Part shown: positions 38,726 through 49,510 of the stretch, piece after piece | Numbering within the stretch: position 1 is the first letter of the stretch | Layout: every line of letters starts with the position of its first letter | Assembly: GCF_006345805.1 (NCBI RefSeq) | Contig: NC_043007.1 | Location: 14,942,001-15,006,000, forward strand | Length of the DNA stretch: 64,000 bases | Source: Octopus sinensis | Lineage: Eukaryota | Direction: 5' to 3' | The notes under the pieces: generated by a model | Told to the model about the DNA's origin: nothing | Seen by the model: only the letters and a program-made list of their open reading frames with translations | Database searches by the model: none | Program-made: the position numbers and the translations under genes

Positions 38726-39254
38726 TAACACACACACACACACACACACACATATTGTGGTTTTATGTTCAACAACGATTGTTGCTCGTAGAAGGATCAA
38801 ACTATCACACACACACACACACACACACTCACACACACATATTGTGGTTTTATGTTCAACAACGATTGTTGCTCGTAGAAGGATCAAACTATCACACACA
38901 CACACACACTCACACACACACACATTAACACACACACACACACACACACACATATTGTGGTTTTATGTTCAACAACGATTGTTGCTCGTAGAAGATCAAA
39001 CTATCACACACACACCACTCACACACACCCACCACACACAACAACCCACAACACTCACACACACACACCACACATATTGTGGTTTTATGTTCAACACGAT
39101 TGTTGCTCGTAGAAGGATCAAACTATCACACACACACACACTCACACACACACACACAACACACACACACACACTCACACACACACATATTGTGGTTTTA
39201 TGTTCAACAACGATTGTTGCTCGTAGAAGGATCAAACTATCACACACACACACA

Positions 39255-39291
<37 letters not shown>

Positions 39292-39440
39292 ACACACACC
39301 ACACCACATATTGTGGTTTTTATGTTCAACAACGATTGTTGCTCGTAGAAGGATCAAACTATCACACACACACACCTCCACACACAACACACACACACCC
39401 ACACACACTCCACACACACACACCCATACACACACATTAA
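38379..39440. repeat. Composite minisatellite: nine 53-bp cores separated by variable (CA)n
   Basis: Cores start at 38456, 38555, 38642, 38753, 38840, 38953, 39075, 39188, 39309. Confidence 0.95.
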
Positions 39441-39564
39441 CACACAATACACTTATATTATCCACCGATGTCAATGACGCTCACCGGTAAAATTTCCACT
39501 TATTTCTTTAGGAAAATAAGAATACGAAATAAGTGGAAAATTACCTCTCCCCAGACACAACAGA

Positions 39565-39610
<46 letters not shown>

Positions 39611-39726
39611 TAATCCAAACAAGAAAACACAGAAAAAAAGAGAAAAAAACACAGCAACGCAGGACGTGGAACATTAAAGTATTATTATTAAGGTACCGCA
39701 AGAGAATAGTCAAGAAAACAACTTAC

Positions 39727-39935
39727 CATGTTGCACGTTTAATGCGTATTTGTCGTTTGTGTGGTCCTTTGTGGAAATGGCGGCTTTAATCCCAGCTACC
39801 GTTGGAATCCGTGCTCTGTGGCTTTTCAGCGTCAAGCCGTTGTAAAGACCATTCATAAATATAGTGTCTGATAAAACCACAGTTGAAATATAACCATTAC
39901 CAACAGTTGGGTGCTTACGAGTATTATTAGGCATC
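39727..39935 (-). CDS. PGGHG: PGGHG-like coding exon 2
   Basis: TTTGTTAG|G ATG...; HPTVGNGYISTVVLSDTIFMNGLYNG...SHRARIP resembles the PGGHG N-terminal domain; donor CATG|GTAAGT. Confidence 0.9.
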
Positions 39936-39979
39936 CTAACAAATATAAAATTGAGCGCATATATATATATATATATATC

Positions 39980-40281
39980 ACGAGACCGACCAGACCATCA
40001 GATGTTGCTACACATCGCTGGTCACAATGCGCTTTGCATTGTTTTAGCCCTTCGAATGACGCCACCTCGCTGGCTAAGCGAGCAGGCCAACAGAAGAAAG
40101 AGTGAGAGAAAGTTGTGGTGAAAGAGTACAGCAGGGATCACCACCACCCCCTGCCGGAGCATCGTGGAGCTTTTAGGTGTTTTCGCTCAATAAACACTCA
40201 CAACGCCCGGTCTAGGAATCGAAACCGCGATCCTACGACCGCGAGTCCGCTGCCCTAACCACTGGGCCATTGCGCCTCCAC
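39980..40281 (-). mobile_element. SINE family C, tail type 3
   Basis: Same head; tail ends AACATCTGATGGTCTGGTCGGTC. Confidence 0.8.
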
Positions 40282-40307
40282 ACACACACATATATATATA
40301 TTGTATA

Positions 40308-40373
<66 letters not shown>

Positions 40374-40655
40374 TATATATAATATATATAATATATATAT
40401 AATATATCTATATATATATAATATATATAATATATAAGTTCATATAAGTAATCTCTATCATTCTATATAATTTAATCATTAATGTTCTTTTTATATTTAA
40501 CATTCACTAAAAAATATCCCTCCTCTTTCTATAGGCTACTTCTGTCTGACTTTATATCCTATACGTTTTTACAGACAATAAATAGTGTTCAGTAAATCAC
40601 TATACATATCCATCATTTTCTGTTAAAATGTCTTATTGACGAGTTTCATTTCTTC

Positions 40656-40742
40656 ACTTCCCTGAAGAGAAGATTACATGCTTTAAACATTATTATTTCC
40701 TTTGGAATATATCAGTGAAATCTTCGAACATGTGTCGGAAGT
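40656..40742 (+). ncRNA. Type-I hammerhead, same family as H5, one A missing from GAAA (H6)
   Basis: ACTTCC-CTGAAGA-GAAGATT...AATCTTC-GAAC-ATGT-GTC-GGAAGT; 6-bp helix I and 7-bp helix II both perfect. Confidence 0.75.
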
Positions 40743-41344
40743 AAAAGTATTTGAATTATACCTGCGTTCGGATGAAACTTTCAGGAATGTTTGGCTTCGT
40801 GACTTCGTGACTGGCACGAACCGATTAGATTTGGGGATTGATCCGGTACTGGACAAGGATTCTGGATAATTTTTCTGTTTTTTTTATTTTTACTTAATTT
40901 TTGAGAGTAGCCGGGTTCATTTTTAGTATTCTCGTTTGTGAGAGCAATCAAGTTTATTTCAGATGTTCTCATTTAAAAAATCATTTCTGGCTAATCGTTG
41001 AAAGGGAGTTGGTGTTGCCTAAGGTGGAGGTTTGCTCTTGTTATTATTACTACCTGCAGCCTACGGTACAATGCTGTCTGTTCTTTCCAACTATCTTAGA
41101 CTTTCCTTATTATTTTTGCCGTGCCAAGAAGGTGAAATTTCTATAACAATTCTACTGGGCACTCTATTCCGATTTCCTTTATATTCTTTTTGATGCTTTC
41201 CGAAACTGTCCCCAAGGACCCAACAATAATTAGCACTAAGTTCATCTTCATTTTCTATTGCCGGGCTATTGTTAACTTCCCTATAAATTTCTCATATAAA
41301 ATGATTACAAAAGAGATTATAAAATGCTGTAAAGTAAAACTCAC

Positions 41345-41529
41345 ATATCGGTTTCAAAAACCGTGTCGTCTACTGGCAAAAGTATATCTTTATCTTTGAG
41401 CATCTGTTGATAATATCCAAGATGTAAGCCATCTCCATTGTAGCCTCTAGTTGAACTGTACGAGTCGGAAGTTGCAGAAACCTGTCCTGTCAAACATGTT
41501 AGCAATAGTAGACAAACAACCAATAGCAT
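41345..41529 (-). CDS. PGGHG: GH65 protein-glucosylgalactosylhydroxylysine glucosidase-like gene, coding exon 1 (signal peptide)
   Basis: ATG at 41529 directly after acceptor TTTTTCTCTTAG; encodes MLLVVCLLLLTCLTGQVSA...VFETD; donor AT|GTGAGT (phase 2) matches the next exon. Confidence 0.8.
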
Positions 41530-41888
41530 CTAAGAGAAAAATAAATAAATCACTCAATTCATTACGTTAATGTGGTTGGAAAGCAAGCTTCTTACGACAC
41601 AGAAACCACTTCTGCATATATATATATATATATATATAATATATATAATAATAAATATTAGGGAATAATCCAATTTACAGGGAAAAATCAGATTTAGGAT
41701 TAAATCCAATTTTATAGTAAAATATTATATAATATTAATTCGAGACAAAACCACTATTTTGCAAAACAAACAAGGAAAGACTTAATCAATACGTAAACAT
41801 TTTTAATATAAAGAAATTATATTAAAAATTTTTATGTATTGATTAGTTCTTTCCTTATTTGTTTTGCAAATAGTGGTTTTGTCTCGAA

Positions 41889-41934
<46 letters not shown>

Positions 41935-42509
41935 TATATATTATATATATCAATAAATGGTGGGTTTGTTTGACCGTACGTGGAGAAATGATAGGCAAGG
42001 AAAAATTGTAAAAATGCAGAATGCTAGATTGAAAGAACATTTTAATGAAATGAGAAATTGAAAAATATATAAATATATATTTATTCAAACCGGTTTTCGT
42101 CAAGAATAGTTATGTAACAAAAGTTTTTTTATAAATGAGAAAGGGGAAAAAAGAAAGTTGCATTGTTTTTTGCAAAAGAATAATAATAAATGTGTACAAA
42201 AATTAAAAAATAAGTACTCCGATACATTGTGAGTTCGTTGTGTATCTTGAGTTTAGTGATAGTTCACGAAAAAGTTACCTTGAGGTTGTTTGGTTTAATT
42301 AAGGATGTTGGCAAAAACAGGAAGTAATAGTAATTGTGGTTCTTCAGTTCCTGTGTTGTGAATAAGGGGAGACAACTCTTTTGAGTTCTTCAATTTTTGT
42401 TTCACAAAATCGTCTGTAATAAAGGCTGCTCATCAACCCCAAATTATAAAATCCTTATATATTTGTGTGAGTCCATCCATGAAGAATGAGGTAGAAAAGG
42501 GAAGTTTGA

Positions 42510-42910
42510 TCAACGAGGAGTTTGTATATTAAGTTGTGTTTGGAATTTTTCAATAAAGAGATTCTCCTTGTTAATTCTCTCCTGTGTGGTGATCCCGTCT
42601 TTACATTGGTAGAAGGGGAATATATGGAATTTGGGGTTTAAGTCTTTAGCGCATAAGTCTATGTGGTCACTCAGTGGAATTTGTCGGTATTCCGGGAGAT
42701 TTATTTGTTCTTTATGCACCGCTACTCGTTTACGTAACGGGAGACTCGTTTTCCAACATAATTATGTTGGCAACCAGCGCAATGAGAACGTAATAAGGTT
42801 CTCGGAGGAACAGGAAGTTAGTCTTGATTTTAAACTTCGTACCTTGTTTTGAAGGTAAATTCAGAGCCTTCAAGTAGGAGGGGGCAGGTACCACAGTTTG
42901 GGCGTGCACA
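42510..42910 (-). mobile_element. Penelope-like GIY-YIG fragment
   Basis: Frameshifted RPNCGTCP...YVL.CAGCQHNYVG...RVAVHKEQI...KENLFIEKF. Confidence 0.75.
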
Positions 42911-42987
42911 TGCAGTAAAAAAAAAAAATATATATATAAATATATAGATATATAATATATATACATATATATATGTATGCATGTATG

Positions 42988-43019
<32 letters not shown>

Positions 43020-43446
43020 ATATAGTATATATATATATATATACATGCATATATGAGTACAGGACATTATCAACTGTAAACAAGAGTACAAAAACAAATG
43101 AGTTGAAAACGGAAACAACGAAGAACGACCCTTCATCATTTGTCGGCTGTCTATCTACTCCTCATTTAGAGCATTCAGTGTCAATATGAGTCTTCGAGAA
43201 CAGTTGCTCCCACAACTTCCCAAATAAAATTTCGGATTTATGGATGGTCAAAGTTGGGAACAAAAACAGGACAGTGGAAACATGTAAGGAAACCGAACTT
43301 AAACAAACATGGAGGGTTGTCTGACCAGAACGAAGGGAAATAGTGAATGTTGGGAGAAGAATATTTTCTTTGAAAAGAGAAGAGATAGAAATATATATAT
43401 ATATATATACACATACATGTATACCTACAAGGATAGTTATAAATTA

Positions 43447-43943
43447 CTAGCAGTATCGCCCGGCGTTGCTCGGATTTGTAAGGGAAATAACTATATAAGC
43501 ATTTTTAGAGAGTTATAGCCAAAAAATAGCAAAAAAATGCATTAAAAATGGAAAAAAAATTATGGTAAATTTTTCTAAAAATCGTTGACTCATCGTAGAC
43601 TTTTTAGAGAGTTACTTCCCTTATATAATACAGAAAAATGCATTAAAATGGAAAAAAAATGATGGTAATTTCTTAAAAATCGTTGATTCATCGTAGACAT
43701 TTTTTAGAGAGTTACTTCCCTTATATAAAGCGAAAAAAATGCATTAAAATGGAAAAAAATGATGGTAAATTTTTTAAAAAATCGTAGACTCATCGTAGAC
43801 GCGCGCTAATACCCAGAAGGGCTCGATATGAATCACGACTATAAGATACCTGGTTTTGGTTAAACTGCACCGCAAAATGTGGGAGTAGTTAGGAATCTAA
43901 ATCGTAGGAGACAGACACACAATTTCACTTTTATATATAAAGA
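43447..43943 (-). mobile_element. Non-autonomous Helitron with internal subrepeat triplication
   Basis: Same termini; ~85-bp TTTTAGAGAGTTA...ATCGT(A/T)GA(C/T)TCATCGTAGAC unit present three times. Confidence 0.85.
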
Positions 43944-43989
43944 TATTATGCAATAGAAATTTATACAGGGTCAAAGGATTATCAGCTGA

Positions 43990-44290
43990 CAGAGTTGTGC
44001 CAGGCTCCCAACAGCGAAGTGGGCTCAGACAACATCAACAGGATTTTTCGCTTAGTATATGGGATAAGTTAATTCAGAACTATTTGAAATTAGTTCAAAA
44101 ATCAACATTCTACCTTCTTAAAGAAGAAAGGACACACAGGCCAATGTTGTTCTTAATAGAGAAAACGTGGTGGACATGGTTGTGGTGTCTTTGTTCATGG
44201 GTCTACGCTAAGCATACTACGGTAGAGGGATTTATTTTTGTAGCCCCTTTTTATTCAGAGTTGCCCTGTACAAACCATTATACACGCTTT
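43990..44290 (+). pseudogene. Possible highly decayed Tc1-like transposase fragment
   Basis: Frameshifted pieces FYLLKEERT / GGHGCGVFVHG / AYYGRG resemble the Tc1 DDE region; weak. Confidence 0.25.
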
Positions 44291-44360
44291 TAATGTGCTA
44301 TTTCTTCTGTGTGAATATATGCATGAAATAGTGTTTGTATAGTGAGTACGTGTAAGAGTA

Positions 44361-44391
<31 letters not shown>

Positions 44392-44851
44392 GTGTGTGTG
44401 TGTGCTTGCGTCCGTGCAGGTATACCTATATGTGTCTCTTCCCAGTGTAAAATATTTTTCAAGGGAAAGAACTGTTAAGTTACGTTGTAAGGGAGACAAT
44501 TTATAGTTAGAAAAAAACCTCTCCAGACTTCATAAAGCTTGTGGACAAATTTTCTCATAGATTAACATCATTGTATTGCATCTTTTATCTTTTAATCGAT
44601 CCAGTCAATAGAAAGCTGCCATGCTGGGGCACCACATTGAAGGGGAACAAACAGATGTACACACATAGATATATACCTTTATATATATATATGTATATGT
44701 ATGTATATGTATACATGTATATGTATACATGTATATATATGTATATGTATGTATATATTTCTTATATACATTACAATCCACCACGTGGGGACAATCTAAA
44801 TTCCTCTTTTCTGTTACTACTATATATATATATATATATATATATAATAAG

Positions 44852-45369
44852 ATTAGGGAGTAAATCCAAACTTAGAGGGAAAAATTAGATTTGGGATTAA
44901 ATCCAATTTTATAGTATAAATATATATTATATTAAATTAGAGATAAAACCGCTATTAGGTAAATCAATTTTAATTGGATTTTTATATTTTATTTTTTATA
45001 TTTTTTATAAATTTTTTAATTAATTTATTTCTATGTATTGGTTTATGATTTCACTGTTTGATTTGCCTAATAGTGGTGTTTTATCTCTAAGTTAATATAA
45101 TATAATATATATAATATATATTAATATATATATATTATATATATATATATATATATAATCAAACAGTGAAAAATCATAAGCCAATACATAGAAATAAAAT
45201 TAATTAAAAAATATATAAAAATATAAAAAATAAAATATAAAAATCCAATAAAATTGATTTACCTAATAGTGGTTTTATCTCTAATTTAATATAATATATA
45301 TTTATACTATAAAATTGGATTTAATCCTAAATCTAATTTTTCCCTCTAAGTTTGGATTTACTCCCTAAT
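44852..45369. repeat. Fold-back element with ~210-bp arms
   Basis: 44852-45063 is the near reverse complement of 45157-45369; related partial fold-back at ~41655-41900. Confidence 0.9.
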
Positions 45370-45401
45370 ATTATATATATATATATATATATATTATATA
45401 T

Positions 45402-45633
45402 CAATTGCAGCAGCGTGAAGGTGTTTATAAGCCATTTAAGAAACACCAAAACCGTTCGATTCACTTCAACATTTAAGTTTAATTTAAACTTAAATGTTGA
45501 AGTGAATCGATCGGCTTTTGTGTGTTTCTTAAATGGCTTACAACACCTTCCACGCTGCAATTGTTTTCGTTTCAGCACACGATCTCAGATCAAATTACTT
45601 GCTATGCGAGTACATCTCCGTAATAATATATTA

Positions 45634-45685
<52 letters not shown>

Positions 45686-45906
45686 CAATTGCAGCGTGGA
45701 AGGTGTTTATAAGCCATTTAAGAAACACCAAAAAAACCGTTCGATTCACTTCAACATTTAAGTTTAATTTAAACTTAAATGTTGAAGTGAATCGATCGGC
45801 TTTTGTGTGTTTCTTAAATGGCTTACAAACACCTTCCACGCTGCAATTGTTTTCGTTTCAGCACACGATCTCAGATCAAATTACTTGCTATGCGAGTACA
45901 TCTCCG

Positions 45907-45910
<4 letters not shown>
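45402..45910. repeat. Tandem pair of ~165-bp palindromes, each with a ~60-bp tail
   Basis: CAATTGCAGC...GCTGCAATTG at 45402-45563 and 45686-45849, separated by (TA)n. Confidence 0.9.
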
Positions 45911-45952
<42 letters not shown>

Positions 45953-46079
45953 TATATATATATATATATAATAACAATATATATATATATATATATATAT
46001 ACATCTCATCTAAACTGCTGATTTGATTCACTCGGCTTAAATAGTTTTCCTTTCTGTCGTTTATCATAACGGCAACATT

Positions 46080-46630
46080 TTTTTACTTGAGCAAACGAAC
46101 ATCGCAAAGCTGTGACACGAAGTGATAGTGATACATTGGGATATAGCTGATCATGTATGGAAAAATGGAGACTACCTCCCCTTGTGGGATGAAGTTAAAA
46201 TAATAGACAGAGAACACCACTGGAAAATACGAAAACCCAAAAGAAGCAGCACATATGCTAGGACACTACAACCCCCGAAGCAGACCGAGTGCAGATATGA
46301 ACAGCATATGGGAACCAACATTAAGGAAGGATAGAAAAATATTAGATTTATATGCCCTAAAATTCACTCCATAATTGCCCATTGGCATATGACATAGTGG
46401 TTAAGAGCACGGGTTACTAACCCCAAGATTACGAGTTCGATTCCAAGCAGTGACCTTAACAATAATAATAATAATAATAATAATAACATCGAAAAATACC
46501 TTAGGAATGAGAACTCAGGTTCGAAATTTCCCCAAGACACCTAAAGAAGGCTGGAGGGTATATCAGCTGAAACGTTGTGTTAACAACAAACAAGATGAGG
46601 ACAAATACCCGTCGAATGTAAATAATGAGT
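46080..46630 (+). mobile_element. Penelope-like endonuclease C-terminus + tRNA-like segment + (AAT)n + hammerhead H7
   Basis: IADHVWKNG..PLWDEVKIIDREHHWKIRK; A/B-box-like TAGTGGTTAAG / GAGTTCGATTCC at 46384-46455. Confidence 0.7.
46537..46580 (+). ncRNA. Minimal type-I hammerhead with G5A lesion (H7)
   Basis: ACAC-CTAAAGA-A-GGCTG..CAGCT-GAAAC-GTT-GTGT. Confidence 0.7.
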
Positions 46631-46955
46631 TAAATTAGTGTCAAAATATTTTAATGCAGGGACTTTTGAGTACCGTCTGTAATTAGATATTTTATCACAA
46701 ACACAACTAATATATATCATTGTATGTCGTTGATTGCCTCACGCAGGCTGTTTATTCTGTGTCAAAATTTATCTGAAAGAACCGTGAACTTTAAACTGAA
46801 GACTAGGTGTTTTGTGATTGTTTCTGCCAGTAAATATCAGCTATCAAGATTCACAAATAAAATATTTTTATGTATGGGGAAGAGAAGGGGAATTCTAAGC
46901 TTTTCGAGTGCAGTACTATTGTAATAACTACTGGCTTACAAGGAGAGGATTTCAC

Positions 46956-47665
46956 TAGGAGGCTGGGCTGAAAAGTTCATAGGCTGACTATGAAGGAATG
47001 ACGCTTGAGTTGTGGAATCTTGCATGCATTAATTACAGGCGTAGGAGTGGCTGTGTGGTAAGTAGCCTGCTCACCAACCACATGGTTCCGGGTTCAGTTC
47101 CACTGCGTTGCACCTTGGGCAAAGTGTCTTCTACTAGAGCCTCGGGCCGACCAAAGCCTTGTGAGTGGATTTGGTAGACGGAAACTGAAAGAAGCCTGTC
47201 GTATATATGTATGTATATATGTGTGTGTGTATTTGTGTGTCTGTGTTTGTCCCCCTAGCATTGCTTGACAACCGATGTTGGTGTGTTTAGGTCCCCGTAA
47301 CTTAGCGGCTCGGCAAAAGAGACCGATAGAATAAGTACTAGTCTTACAAAAAGTAAGTCCTGGGGTCGATTTGCTCGACTAAAAGGCGGTGCTCCAGCAT
47401 GGCCACAGTCAAATGATTGAAACAAGTAAAAGAATAAAAGAGTAAATGAGTATATTAATAAATGCATTGTTTCTTTCCAGGTAAACTGACTGTTCAAAGA
47501 TGATTTTAAAGTAACTAGTAGTGACTTTTCTTGAAAATGGATAAGGTTTCGCATCGTGGGGTCATCTTCAAGAATCACCATAACCCTCCTAAATCCAGCT
47601 GCCTACTTTTGCACTGTTGGTAAAGCTGGAGCGTCGGCCCCTAATGCAGCAACCAGGTCAGCACG
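46956..47665 (+). mobile_element. Mariner remnant (TIR-like end, MDK start, inverted internal piece), interrupted by a SINE
   Basis: AGGAGGCTGGGCTGAAAAGTTCATAGGCTGAC end; + strand MDKVSHRGVI at 47537; - strand ADLVAALGADAPALPTVQK*AAGFRR..LEDDP. Confidence 0.65.
47037..47444 (+). mobile_element. SINE family A inserted in the mariner remnant
   Basis: Family A head to tail. Confidence 0.9.
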
Positions 47666-47810
47666 AAGGCGGCGAGTTGCCAGACTCATTAATACGCCAG
47701 ACGAAATGTTTTGCGGTATTTCGTCCGTCTTCACGTTCTGAGTTCAAATTCCGCCGAGGTCGACTATGCCTTTCATCCTTTCGGGGTCGATTAAATAAGT
47801 ACCAGTTACA

Positions 47811-48176
47811 GGGGCACTCGGAGCACTAACAACCAAGTTCGAGAAATATGTCAGAGAAATTGGAATTGACATGAGAGCAGAGGAAGCCTCAAAAAACTGC
47901 TCTATTGGGGACAGCTAGGATTTTGAGATTGGTACTTGGATGTTGAATGTCTCCCACGATAATTAACAACCAAGTATCAAAGCCTATAATGTGCGGTAAG
48001 AGACCCTGTGAAACCTCTGACAGCAGGCTGCTGTTCGCTCTCACGGAATCTAGCAGAAAAACACAAGACCGAACGCTCTGAGAAGTAAAACAACAAAAAA
48101 CAAAAACAAGAACAAGAACAACAACAACAACAACAAAAACAAGAACAAGAACAAGAACAAGAACAACAACAGCAGC

Positions 48177-48211
<35 letters not shown>
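47811..48211 (+). mobile_element. R4/Dong-clade LINE 3' fragment with (CAA)n tail
   Basis: GALGALTTKFEKYV...KTALLGTARILRLVLGC*. Confidence 0.75.
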
Positions 48212-48212
<1 letters not shown>

Positions 48213-49465
48213 AGACACTGAAGGTTTCAATATTGGCGGCACAAAACCAAAGCTTACTCATCAAAAAACTACCAGGCTAACGTTCTTCGAAACAGTTCCG
48301 ACTCTAAATGCAGATTCCGCGATAAATTTGATGAAACAATTGACCATCTCATCTCGAGATGTCCCGTGCTGACACCAAACGAATACATTTGATACATTTG
48401 ATACGTCTCGGGATGTCATGTGCTGACACCAAACGAATACATAAATCACCATGATAGGGTAGGGCAGTATTTACATTGGAAAATATGTAAACACTACAAA
48501 ATCAGCACTCCTGCTTACGGAGCCAGTCGTTGAATGTAAAAATGTCACTATCCTCTGGGATTTTCCAGTCAACACCGACAGAACGATCCAGGCTAATCGA
48601 CCAGACATAATCATTAAAGACAGAGAAGAAAATACTTGTAAACTAATAGACGTAAGTGTTCCTACTAATAAAAAAATGTATCTGTAAAGGAATTTGACAA
48701 ATTAAGTAAACATAAGGCGCAGGAGTGGCTGTGTGGTAAGTAGCTTTCTTACCAACCACATGGTTACGGGTTCAGTCCCACTGCGTGGCACCATGGGCAA
48801 GTGTCTTCTACTATAGCCTCGGGCCGACCAAAGCCTTGTGAGGGGATTTGGTTGACGGAAACCGAAAGAAGCCCGTCGTATATATGTGTGTGTATGTATG
48901 TTGTGTATCTGTATTTGTTCCCCCAACATCGCTTGACAACCGATGCTGGTGTGTTTACGTCCCCGTAACTTAGCGGTTCGGCAAAAGAGACCTATAGAAT
49001 AAGTACTAGGCTTTCAAAGAACAAGTCCTCGGGTCGATTTGATTCGACTAAAGGCTGTGCTCCGGCATGGCCGCAGTCAAATGACTGAAACAAGTGAAGA
49101 AAAATAAGGACCTGGAAATTGAAATACAAAAGATGTGACATCTTAAAGTGAGAACTGTTCCTGTTATTGTGGGTTCCCTTGTTATGATAAGAAAGGGATG
49201 TCAGAAACATATAGATAATACTCCAGGAGAACCACGTCTCAGAGAAATCCGAAAGATTGTGCTGACAAGTACTGCCAACAGACTTAGAAAAACCCTATCA
49301 ATTTTAATGTCTGTGTTGTATTACATGAAGATATTTCGCTACTGCCCCTATCACATCCCTTCCACAAGCTTTCAGTCATACTGTAATATCTCTTATCCTT
49401 CACTCGCCCTAGGACGCTGGGTGTGTCTCGGCGAGTGATTGTAACACACATGAAGATTAAAAGTA

Positions 49466-49510
<45 letters not shown>
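48212..49510 (+). mobile_element. R4/Dong-clade LINE 3' fragment (zinc knuckle + RLE) with (TAA)n tail; SINE inserted at 48717-49103
   Basis: KCRF..DETIDHLISRC; HDRVGQYLHW; NRPDIIIKD..LIDVSVP; SINE flanked by ATAAGG duplication. Confidence 0.8.

Noticed and set aside
38379-39440. CRISPR array or 353-aa His/Thr-rich protein
   Set aside because: Spacers are (CA)n, there are no cas genes and the context is a eukaryotic intron; the ORF is just translated repeat
45555-45600. CTGAGA...GAAAACAATTGC on the minus strand of the palindrome tail as a ribozyme
   Set aside because: Core is one base short, has GC instead of GU, and has no helix I
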